In this document: in pieces, positions 6,469 through 16,000 of the stretch
How positions within the stretch are numbered: position 1 is the first letter of the stretch
Layout of the letters: every line of letters starts with the position of its first letter
From: a virus
Taxonomy: Duplodnaviria; Caudoviricetes
DNA length: 26,018 bases
Virus record (IMG/VR): IMGVR_UViG_3300006024_000023
Coordinates: 1-26,018 of that record
Reading direction: 5' to 3' (one strand)
Program-made: the position numbers and the translations under genes
Notes under the pieces: generated by a model
Told to the model about the DNA's origin: nothing
The model's database searches: none
What the model saw: only the letters and a program-made list of their open reading frames with translations

Positions 6469-6650
6469 GATGATATTTGATCACAACTAATTATATCCGA
6501 TACTGGCACCTCATGTTCACCTGCTATAAGATAGTAGTGTTGACCATCACGTTCTCCCAGATATTTCAACTCATCCTCTGGAAATTCATTCTCACGTAGC
6601 ATCGCTTGTATCTGTAGATGTTTCAACTGGTCAGCGTCAGGCAATTCCAT
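6465..6650 (-). CDS. phage hypothetical protein (61 aa)
   Basis: ORF track; first gene after the 6673-6701 promoter; ATGA coupling to the halogenase. Confidence 0.8.
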   Translation of the reverse strand: MELPDADQLKHLQIQAMLRENEFPEDELKYLGERDGQHYYLIAGEHEVPVSDIISCDQISS

Positions 6651-6672
6651 ACCAATAAAATTCTTATGCTAT

Positions 6673-6701
6673 AGCATACCAAATAATTACTGAGTTGTCA
6701 A
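6673..6701 (-). promoter_or_regulatory. sigma70-type promoter TTGACA-N17-TATGCT
   Basis: TTGACA at 6701-6696, a 17-nt spacer, TATGCT at 6678-6673. The -10 box is half of the perfect palindrome TATGCTATAGCATA (6665-6678). Confidence 0.75.
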
Positions 6702-7586
6702 GTCTTTAAATTCATGAACTGTGTGGATGTATGCATACACTTCAGCAACTGTCCCATCAGGGTTGACATCATACTCTAAGTTGAAATATGATTCACCCAC
6801 CAGTTTAGAGGTAATGAATGCCACCTGATCTCCTGTTAATACCTGTACACCACCATCACGTGACAGTAAATCTAGATATGACTTTGCATATTCTTTCAAG
6901 TTTGGTGTGTATCTTATAATTCCTTTACCTTCATAATCACTATCATATAATTTGGCATACTTAAAGTTCAATCTATATGTGATTAAATCACTATCAGGAT
7001 AAACATCAATTGATCCTTTACATATTGGAGTACGATATAATCCAAGATCGTTAGATGTTAAAGCAATATCATTGACTCTACTTAAGAAGTCATTGTCTTC
7101 TATTTCTGATAGATCATACAGTGAATCATATACTCTAATACTAATCAGATCACCAGTTGGTGACAGTGTTATACCAGTAAAATAAGTACGTGTTTCATCA
7201 GTAACACTAGTAAATTTATCTATTTTCTGTCTTACATCATTAAACTTAGGTTGTCCGATACCATCAACAAATAGTTTCCAAAGAGATGGATTGGTTCCTA
7301 CACTTTTATATTCATAGAACTTCTTACAAAAGAACTCTTGATACACACCATCTAAGTGATAGACATACAAATCATTATCATCATCCAAATGTGGATCTTT
7401 GACAGTAGGTAGTTCAAAATGAAAATACTTGTTAATTGTATATCTAACAGCATCATCTAGTACAGGACCATACTGAGAACTATCGAGACTAGTAAACCTT
7501 GCAGGCATCATCTCAACGGTTGATACCTTCTCTCCGTCTGATAGACGGTACTTATCAGCAATATTATAGTCTTCGGTAAAGATCAT
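6687..7586 (-). CDS. hypothetical protein (299 aa), last gene of the tail module
   Basis: Long ORF with TAATG coupling at 7586; no motif firmly recognised. Confidence 0.85.
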   Translation of the reverse strand: MIFTEDYNIADKYRLSDGEKVSTVEMMPARFTSLDSSQYGPVLDDAVRYTINKYFHFELPTVKDPHLDDDNDLYVYHLDGVYQEFFCKKFYEYKSVGTNPSLWKLFVDGIGQPKFNDVRQKIDKFTSVTDETRTYFTGITLSPTGDLISIRVYDSLYDLSEIEDNDFLSRVNDIALTSNDLGLYRTPICKGSIDVYPDSDLITYRLNFKYAKLYDSDYEGKGIIRYTPNLKEYAKSYLDLLSRDGGVQVLTGDQVAFITSKLVGESYFNLEYDVNPDGTVAEVYAYIHTVHEFKDLTTQ

Positions 7587-7933
7587 TACTCGTTGCTCGC
7601 AATTTGTTGTCCTTCTGCATTAACAAGAGAATAAAATATATAATCCTCTGGTATTGCAGTTGATGCTTGTGATGATGGAAAATTATCCTCTAACCACTCC
7701 ATAGTGTCAGCAACATCATCATCTATTTCAGAAAATACAAACTCTGAATTCTTTAGTGCTGTCCACAAATCATTTGGTAGAATGCCTTGATACTTGGTGT
7801 ATGATGTATTGATGGCATCAACATCAGAACTAGCATTCCAACCAGTTGATCTTAAGTATAGTACAGGCTTGCCCAATTGAGCAGCATACTTCTCAATGAA
7901 ATTATCAAGATAGAAAGTGTTGTAGTTATTCAT
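7586..7933 (-). CDS. hypothetical protein (115 aa)
   Basis: ORF track; tightly packed between its neighbours. Confidence 0.85.
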   Translation of the reverse strand: MNNYNTFYLDNFIEKYAAQLGKPVLYLRSTGWNASSDVDAINTSYTKYQGILPNDLWTALKNSEFVFSEIDDDVADTMEWLEDNFPSSQASTAIPEDYIFYSLVNAEGQQIASNE

Positions 7934-7941
7934 GTTACTCT

Positions 7942-8877
7942 TTATAGTTCAGATTCATCAGTATAGAACTTATCCCAATCTACTGGAACAAGATCCTCAA
8001 CATGCAAATCTTTCATCAGTTGTAGAACAGTATCTGTGACTTTCCTTGAAGCAGATTCACCACGTTGAGCAAGTCTCTTTAGATTCTCTTCGTTATTATT
8101 CCAGAAATCATTACTTGCTTCACCCTGAGTCTCAACCCACTGATTAGCATCATTCTCATCCATGAATGCAGGAGCATCTGTTACTCCATCATCCAACTTA
8201 CCATTTGGATATAGTTTCCTATAGTTTGATGGGTCAATTGGGAACTTAAGTTCATGTGTATACTTAAAATACTTTAAACCTGATCCTTCAAACTGAGCAT
8301 CAGTTGGTGATGGTAATGATTTATCCCTTAACCATTGTCTCCATGCAACCCAGTCGTCTTTCTCACCTGTATACTTTTCTGTAATGTCTGGCAATACCCT
8401 CCAATCAGATAGTGATAACATATTAATTTTCTGTCTACGAAGTTTACGCCATCTCTCCTCCCAGAAAACTACTTCACTATCAATTTTGTATACTTTTTCT
8501 TCTACCTGTAGACTTTTAACTTGTTTAACAACAGTAAAGAAGTCTTTAACTTCAGTATAAAATTCTTCTGCTTGTTGCTTTGTTGCTGAGGTGAAGTTAT
8601 ATGCTCTAGGATATGATGTGTTATTAGAGAAATTGTATATAGTTTTAACTCTTTGGCAAAAATACGTGCCATCATTAAAGAACTGAATGTATTGAAGTTG
8701 ATCTTTATCACTGTGCCAGAAATCATCAACTTTAGTTTCAAAAAACTTTGTAATTAATTCTTGATCCACTTGAGTTCTTGGTACTGCTATAGCTCCTAAC
8801 CTTTCTGTATCATGATTAGAGAAACTTCCATTTATAAAATCAGCTTCAAGTAATAGTTTTCTTTCTAGAAATGCCAT
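7942..8877 (-). CDS. tail fibre assembly chaperone domain protein
   Basis: WRKLRRQKINMLSLSDWRVLPD...WVAWRQWLRD..P matches the RxxRNxLLxxSDW...D...WxxYRQxLRDxP pattern of phage tail assembly chaperones. It lies downstream of the fibre genes. Confidence 0.75.
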   Translation of the reverse strand: MAFLERKLLLEADFINGSFSNHDTERLGAIAVPRTQVDQELITKFFETKVDDFWHSDKDQLQYIQFFNDGTYFCQRVKTIYNFSNNTSYPRAYNFTSATKQQAEEFYTEVKDFFTVVKQVKSLQVEEKVYKIDSEVVFWEERWRKLRRQKINMLSLSDWRVLPDITEKYTGEKDDWVAWRQWLRDKSLPSPTDAQFEGSGLKYFKYTHELKFPIDPSNYRKLYPNGKLDDGVTDAPAFMDENDANQWVETQGEASNDFWNNNEENLKRLAQRGESASRKVTDTVLQLMKDLHVEDLVPVDWDKFYTDESEL

Positions 8878-8882
8878 GAGAA

Positions 8883-9548
8883 TTACTTACCTTTGATGTA
8901 CCATCCTGTTACTATGTATTTATCTTGAGTCATGACTGTATTTCCTTTATGTGTATGAGTAAATCCACCAGGCCAAATAACAACAGTACCTGCAGTTGGT
9001 TTGATTCTACGTCTTTGATATAAAAACTCAGTCTCTGCTTCTCCATCTGGCATATCATTTAGATAAATCATCCACACCAATTCTCTTTGAGAATGTGCCA
9101 TGTCAGCATTTTCATGATGCCATAGATGATAACCACCGCCTGGTGGAGTTCGTTGCACCTTAATATCAACAGACGTCAATGCTTGTTTCTTTAATGCCTG
9201 ATACTCGGTTATATAATGGTTAGCACATGATTTGAGAACTTGATTGATTTGTATAACAAGTTCTCTATTTGAATAGTTTAATAGAAATGAAAAATCTTGT
9301 CTGTTAAGAGCACCATTATAAAAATCTTCTGATTTATATACTGTTTCTCCATCAGATAAGTAATCAGTATTTTCATAGTTAACAGTACAACCTATATTTG
9401 AAATCTTCTTAGAGTAATCAATGATACTATCACATAATGGTTTTGGCATGAAATTAGGCCACACACCAATAAAGTCGTCGAATTCGACTTTGGTTATCTT
9501 TGGGTCTAGCATCAATTCAAGTGGTCTATAATCAGGAATTTCAGTCAT
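8883..9548 (-). CDS. 2OG-Fe(II) oxygenase (HxE type)
   Basis: GGGYHLWHHEN, RELVWMIYLND, AETEFLYQ, WPGGFTHTHKGN, KYIVTGW. Confidence 0.92.
   Translation of the reverse strand: MTEIPDYRPLELMLDPKITKVEFDDFIGVWPNFMPKPLCDSIIDYSKKISNIGCTVNYENTDYLSDGETVYKSEDFYNGALNRQDFSFLLNYSNRELVIQINQVLKSCANHYITEYQALKKQALTSVDIKVQRTPPGGGYHLWHHENADMAHSQRELVWMIYLNDMPDGEAETEFLYQRRRIKPTAGTVVIWPGGFTHTHKGNTVMTQDKYIVTGWYIKGK
8917..8923 (-). promoter_or_regulatory. possible T4-like late promoter ATAAATA
   Basis: 39 nt upstream of ATG 8877. It also encodes the conserved D-K-Y of the oxygenase, so it may be coincidental. Confidence 0.35.
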
Positions 9549-9549
9549 A

Positions 9550-12500
9550 TTAATAAGCTTTGATCATATATTTAGTCTTATGGAAAGGGTTTATTATTGG
9601 GACTTGTCGTTGTGGTCTCATTGTAACATCTGGGACTGGTTTTTTGAAGTTACTAGTCAATTTAAACTCAGCTTCTGTCATATCCATGAATATATCATTC
9701 TGTGTGAATGATACTTGAAGTGTTCCTGCAGCACCACCAGTACCAGCAGGAGAAACTGCAGTGACTCTAAGGAATGATCCGCCAAAATTAGTATTCCAAA
9801 AATCGAATGTTAGTTCATCACCAGCATTATAATTTTGTCCAGGACTGACAATTGAATTAATCCTTACTCTCGTATCACCAGTTACAACAGGAGTAGCATC
9901 TAAAGTTGGCCAAGGTGTCATAGTAACATTTAATATCATACCGTTACCTGTTCCAGACGAACCACTAGCATAAACCATATTCACATCAACAGTGACGTTA
10001 TCATCAGGATCAGTCCAATACGAATTGCTACCTGTTAAACGATATTTCCACTCACCAAGAATTGTACCTTGCCATGCAGCAGTATTCAATGCAGCAGTAT
10101 TAAGTCTGTCTGCCCAAAGTTCAAATGTTTGTAATCCTCCAGTAATACCTCCACCTAAACCAGAACCTTCAGGTGCATTTGCATTACCTAAACCTGCTAC
10201 GTTACCACCAGTGAAATCTGTGTTAGGATTAGAGAGAATAGATTCAGTAATCATATGTGAGTGTGTAAGTGTTCCTGAAATACCAGGAGAAGTATATACA
10301 TCAACTATAAATTTAGTTGGTTCTGTGTCAACAACTCCAGCTACTATTCCTGTATCAGCACCACCTGTTAGACCAGTTGATTGTAATGTTTGACCATTTA
10401 GGATAGTTGCAGGAGAAATCCACCATGTTAAGAAATCAACTACTCCTTTATCATCCTCATCCAATGGACCAAAGTCAGTTGATCCAAAACCCAACCAGTT
10501 TGTATTTGTCTCTTCGTTTACTGGGTATCCAAGATTCAGATTTTCACTGATCCAAGTATCGATATTAAAACTGTTACCAAAATATAGTTGCAATTCTACT
10601 TGGAAGGCACCGAGACTTTGTAACCAAGTTCTCCATGCATCTCCAGGAGTATCACCTTGACCCCATTCATCTTGTGTTCCAGTTATCGCAGGGTCTCCTG
10701 TTCTAAACAAAGTATTACGACCCCATGGAATACATGGGTCATTTCCATTTCCTTCTGACTCTACTGTAGCAGAAATGTATAAATGATCATGCTCTGGTGG
10801 TTTAACTATTACTTCTTGCAAAGGTCCAATCTGTGCAGTAACTATACCTTGAATACCAAATACAATATCATCAGTAACAGTTTCCAATCCTCGTAATCTT
10901 ACAGTACCAAGAGAGAAGAACTGTGAATTAAGACCTGTCTCATTTGTAGATGGTCCTTGAATCTGTTCTAGTGGTTGTACACCAAAAGAATCAACTTTAT
11001 CAAAGTACCAATATCCACCCTCAGCACCAACATCATTGAAAGTTTTACCAGCTGTAGATACAGGCAAGAATGCTGAACCACCTCTAGAAGAGTCCACTAA
11101 TCCAACACCACACAGTCTTCTGTTCCTATAATCAGGTAAGTTAAACACACCACTATATGTTACTGTACCATTAATATCTGGTACTGCAGAACCACTACCA
11201 CCATAGGTATTACCAATGACATCAAATAATGCCCAGTATTGTATAACATCAAGTTGTTGACCTTCACATGCAATAAATCCAGCATATCTACTACCAAGAG
11301 AACCATCTGTAGTACCATATGTTGAAGTAGCACCTTCCTTTAGAATAGGAATAACTGTACCAACAGGATAACCATCAAACTTCTCAGTCTTTTTACTATA
11401 CCACTTACCTAGATTAGTAGATGGTGGTGGTACAACAGCATATGTTGTTACTGTCCATGTAAATGGATTATTAATTGAACCAGTACCAACACTGATTTGT
11501 GTAAACTCTGGTGTACTTAACTGTGTAGCAGATTTAATAATAAGATTGAAACTGGTGTTAAGTGCAGGATCAAATGTTCTTGGTCCTTCTACTGGTGTAT
11601 CAAAGTCAATAGAAATCAATGCATTATATCCACCAATAGATTGAATAGTAACTGGTAGATTAATACCACTAATAGTTACAGGAGCACTAGAGATAAAAGT
11701 ATCTGGTATTTGATTAGTTTTATCTGCTGGTGGTAAGAATGCTGCATCAGTATCTGGTCCACTATTCGTTACAACAGTCCATGTTGGGATAGTTCTAGAA
11801 CCAACATTAATTTGTAATTCTTTAGGATCACCAAACAGTGTAGATGATTGTAAGTAAATGGTTAATGTATCACCATTTGTTACATCTGTTGGAAATACAC
11901 CAATAGAACCACTGTTTTTCTTAACTCTCACAAGACTAGCATCAGTAGATATAACATCTACAGGTACTGATACACCAGCACCTAGTCCAGTAATACCACC
12001 TGAGGGTTGTTCATCTGATCCAATGAGTGCATCTGCTTCAGCATTATTAACATCAGTAAAACTAAATGCATCAGGTGATGAAGATAGATTTGCTCCAGTA
12101 GTAATGGTCCACGTGGATCCACCAGAAACATCACCAATACTCAAATCTGTTGATCTTGGGGTATTTCCTGTTGCTGCTGTAAGCATTCTTATTTGTAAAT
12201 AATCACCATTACTAACAGTTCCTTGGTTAGGACTAAATGTTACACCATCTAATACATCAAAACCATCAGCATTTGTTGTAGTAGTATTAACAGATGCAAC
12301 TGCCCACTCACCAATACCAGTAAGTGAAATGTTACCAGTAGTGGTCATTCCCTGAATTCTAATAACCTCACTATATGCATATTTGTTTATAATTAGATCT
12401 TCTAAGTCAGTAAATACGGGAAATGGTATTGGTTCATTTAAAGGTAATGCTTCATTTGTTATACGCCAAGTTTCATTTGATGTACCAATAACCAGTGTAA

Positions 12501-12975
12501 GTCTAAGAACACTATTGTTTAAAGCACTGGTGGTTCCTCTAATCTGAATTTTAGCACCATTCTGTACAGTCACATTACCACTAGGTTGAATCCACCCAGT
12601 ATCCCAATTGCCATCACCATCAGTATCAATTCTCAACGACCATTTATCTGTACCACCAGCCTCATTAGAACTTAATGATATTGCTGCATCTGTTCCAGAT
12701 GATAATCCACTAACTGTAATTAAACTTTCATTTGGTCTAGTACCATCAGCATAAGTATACAAAGTATTTAATGACGCACCCTCAACAGGTATCAGTGGGA
12801 ACGGATCTGGTGAAAAGTCTTCAGCTATGGTTGAAATCAACCAAAACTGTGTAAGAGTACCAATCTGTACTGTAATAGTTTGAGTAGAACTCCACGATGG
12901 TGGTGCTTTAAACTTAAACTGAATATAATCACCCTCATCAACATATAATGGGGTATTTGAGTATGAATACGTCAT
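9550..12975 (-). CDS. tail fibre protein with N-terminal beta-sandwich-like repeats and a tail collar domain (1141 aa)
   Basis: Collar motif YPVGTVIP...GFIACEGQ...YWALFDVIGNTYGG...FNLPDYR; HxH motifs (HDH, HSH); C-terminal PFHKTKYMIKAY; about four PDxF...VxNG..IQIR...WT repeats. Confidence 0.88.
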   Translation of the reverse strand: MTYSYSNTPLYVDEGDYIQFKFKAPPSWSSTQTITVQIGTLTQFWLISTIAEDFSPDPFPLIPVEGASLNTLYTYADGTRPNESLITVSGLSSGTDAAISLSSNEAGGTDKWSLRIDTDGDGNWDTGWIQPSGNVTVQNGAKIQIRGTTSALNNSVLRLTLVIGTSNETWRITNEALPLNEPIPFPVFTDLEDLIINKYAYSEVIRIQGMTTTGNISLTGIGEWAVASVNTTTTNADGFDVLDGVTFSPNQGTVSNGDYLQIRMLTAATGNTPRSTDLSIGDVSGGSTWTITTGANLSSSPDAFSFTDVNNAEADALIGSDEQPSGGITGLGAGVSVPVDVISTDASLVRVKKNSGSIGVFPTDVTNGDTLTIYLQSSTLFGDPKELQINVGSRTIPTWTVVTNSGPDTDAAFLPPADKTNQIPDTFISSAPVTISGINLPVTIQSIGGYNALISIDFDTPVEGPRTFDPALNTSFNLIIKSATQLSTPEFTQISVGTGSINNPFTWTVTTYAVVPPPSTNLGKWYSKKTEKFDGYPVGTVIPILKEGATSTYGTTDGSLGSRYAGFIACEGQQLDVIQYWALFDVIGNTYGGSGSAVPDINGTVTYSGVFNLPDYRNRRLCGVGLVDSSRGGSAFLPVSTAGKTFNDVGAEGGYWYFDKVDSFGVQPLEQIQGPSTNETGLNSQFFSLGTVRLRGLETVTDDIVFGIQGIVTAQIGPLQEVIVKPPEHDHLYISATVESEGNGNDPCIPWGRNTLFRTGDPAITGTQDEWGQGDTPGDAWRTWLQSLGAFQVELQLYFGNSFNIDTWISENLNLGYPVNEETNTNWLGFGSTDFGPLDEDDKGVVDFLTWWISPATILNGQTLQSTGLTGGADTGIVAGVVDTEPTKFIVDVYTSPGISGTLTHSHMITESILSNPNTDFTGGNVAGLGNANAPEGSGLGGGITGGLQTFELWADRLNTAALNTAAWQGTILGEWKYRLTGSNSYWTDPDDNVTVDVNMVYASGSSGTGNGMILNVTMTPWPTLDATPVVTGDTRVRINSIVSPGQNYNAGDELTFDFWNTNFGGSFLRVTAVSPAGTGGAAGTLQVSFTQNDIFMDMTEAEFKLTSNFKKPVPDVTMRPQRQVPIINPFHKTKYMIKAY
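9569..9575 (-). promoter_or_regulatory. possible T4-like late promoter CTAAATA
   Basis: 20 nt upstream of ATG 9548; resembles the gp55-type TATAAATA box. Confidence 0.45.
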
Positions 12976-13009
12976 TCTGGGCTATACAGATATTATTCCA
13001 GTCATATTA

Positions 13010-13016
13010 TATTTAG
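13010..13016 (-). promoter_or_regulatory. T4-like late promoter CTAAATA
   Basis: Overlaps the stop of the upstream gene at the head of a 37-nt AT-rich gap before a structural gene. Confidence 0.55.
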
Positions 13017-16000
13017 ATCTCTCTCACACCGTTCCAATTGTCTTCTAGATTCTTATCTACCTGAATTGGATAGTTTGCTTTAACCTCAACTGGAATGTCA
13101 ATACCATCAACTAATATTAATTCCGACAAAACAGTTGTATCTGGTGACTCTACAGGTTCCTCATCTCTAACTTTATCATCAGATGGTGGTATTATAAAGT
13201 TGTCAGGTCTTCTATCAATTATTACTCCTGTTGTTGTGGAATCTGACGTGGTTCCACCAGCACCTTGTACTTGAATTGTCCATGATATGCTATTTGGACC
13301 AAAGTTGTTCCATGGTACACCAACAGTGCTCCAGTCAATAACACCATCTCTATCTGTTTGTCCTTGAGTACCTCCCAATTCAGATGAAGTTGCGGGATTG
13401 AGAACAACAACCGAACCAACAGTATTACTTCCATCAAGATAATAATAGGTTGGTGTTATCTGAATGGATGTAGTTGCATATTTTGTTTCATATTCGATAT
13501 CAAAATTATCATTACCGTAATTAATACTAACAGGTGAATCAATACTACATGTTGGGAATTGAGATACATTAATAGTAATACATTCAGTAGGAGAATCACC
13601 AGCAGTACCAGTTACGTAACCACAATAAGTTGTGGTATCACCAGGACATACATTTTGTTGACTAGTAAGATTCCCATTAGTAATAGTACCTTGTGTCCAT
13701 ACGAGTGTATCAGCATCACCAGTAAAGTACCACTCTATATTAGTGCATTGTCCAACAACAATACTACTTGATGGATTGGCACTAAGAAAGAATGTTGGTG
13801 GTGAGAAGACAGTAACTGAAACAGTAAGTGTAACTGTTCCTTCTGGTCCTGTAGCATTCAATGTATATGTTGTGTCCGATACTGGATTAACTGTAGTCTG
13901 AGCATAGAAGAAATTACTATCATTAGTATTAATAATACCAGGAGCAACTACAATATTATTAACATCACCAAACACGATCCATGCTAATGTAACACTTTGA
14001 CCAGATTGAATTTCTAATGTTTCAACAGCACTACCATTAGGAGCAATGATCTTAAAGTTAGCACTTGGTGGTAGAGTTTTATTATGACCTGGAATCCATC
14101 TTTCTCCACTGTTACTAGTCTCAAGAATAATATTAACACCATTAGCATTACAGTCTGCTACGAATTCATCGTAAGATGCCTGAATAGTAGCGTATACCAT
14201 ACTACCAGATATATCAATCCATAGTGATACATATGTACCCTCAGGCACATTTGCTAGATTACAAATGTCAAACCAACTAGAGGTAAAATTAACATCACCA
14301 TCATCACGTCTAACTTGAATACCACCATTTGCATATGGATCACTCAAATAGTTTGATGGCATTTTCAATCTACTGAGTGGATACCTTACACCACCATTAG
14401 ATTGTAGAACTGCTTGTAGCAACCAGAATGTTCTAAATGGGAAGTTACTACGAAAAGAAGCCCAGTCATTAAACATAGTTTGTACTGATGGAGATACCTC
14501 GTCAATAAGAGAGATACAGTTAACTAACTGAGCAAGTTGTGCATTTGAAATCTTTGCAATTAATGGTGGTTCCTCATTAGGATCATCACTATAAAATACT
14601 TCACGACTAAACTCATTACTACCATTAAATTGAAATTCTGGATTTGGATCATCTGCTGCAGCAACCTTACGCATAATAGAGTGGTTGGAATCACTACTTA
14701 CGATTCCTTCATTCTCATCAAAAGTGCTATTTCCACCAGCAGTTGTACCAATCTGTCTTACTCCCTGCCAGACATCCTGGGAATTTTTATCTACCAGTAC
14801 AGGATAATTTGCAATAATTTCTACTGGAATGTCAATGTCATCTATTAATATCTTCTCACTAAGAACTTCAGTCTCTGGTGAGATAACTGGGTCTTCGTCT
14901 ACAAATTTATCTATTGATTCTGGAATTGAAAAGTTATCAGGTTCTCTGTCTATGACAGTATCAAAATTACCAGAATCTGATGTAGTGGTAGTACCACTAA
15001 CATTTAAACTAACCGCAACTGACTCAGGTCCATAATTATTCCATGGCATAGAAATATCAACAGTACCATTTCTCTCTGTAGATGATGCTGGATCACCCAA
15101 CTCTGAAGATGTTGCTGGTGAAATATTAACAGTAGTACCAACAACTTGACTACCATCCAAATAATTATATGTTGGTGTTATTTGGATAGCATTTGTAGCA
15201 TATATTGTTTCATATCCTATGGTATAAGTAGAATCTCCATACATTACAGTTCCAAAACCAGGAAGAGTTAATGAACATGTTGGTGGTTGCAACACAGTAA
15301 CTGTAACACAAGTAGTTCCAGAACCACCACCAGGACCAAAAGCTTGAGCACAATATGTTGATGTATCACTAGGTACTACAATCTGATTACCTGTTTGATT
15401 TGTACTACTAATAGTACCAGAAGTAAAACCAAAACTGGTTGTTGGATTTACACAATACCACGAAACAGTAGACTGTTGTCCGTTAATTATAGTTGATGGA
15501 CTTGCATTAAAAACAATTTGTGGTGCATTATATGTACAACTGCCATCATCAATTGTAGCACCTGGATCATAATTATTTGCTAATGGGTCAGTACATCCTG
15601 TAGGGAGTATACAAGATCCATCATCTGTATCTGCATTTGGATTATAGTTTGTTGCTTGTGGATTGGTACACCCAAAAATAGGACAATTACCAGTTGCCAT
15701 ACCTGTATGCCTTCCATTAGTAGCAACTAGTTGTCTTTCTGTAGCACCACCATTATAGATGAATATGTATAAAGAAGTCGTATACGAACTAGAAGCACCA
15801 TTTCCACCATCAACAAAATTGTTACTTGCAGCAGTAAATCCATCATACCAATAGTTTGCACCACCTTCTTCAGCATACCTACCAAAGAATTGATCATACC
15901 AATAACTTATTTCATTAAAAACCCACGTAATAGGACGGCTAGGATCACTACTAGTACCACCTGGAAACCAAAATCTATCAGAGGATGTTGGATCTCCAGG

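Noticed and set aside
12976-13012. Stop-codon readthrough fusing the 1014-aa and 1141-aa proteins
   Set aside because: The 37-nt gap puts the genes out of frame and no slippery sequence is evident.
13016-15523. Diversity-generating retroelement TR/VR pair as the explanation for the duplicated segment
   Set aside because: Both copies are in-frame coding, differences are not adenine-specific and include indels, and no reverse transcriptase is in the window.
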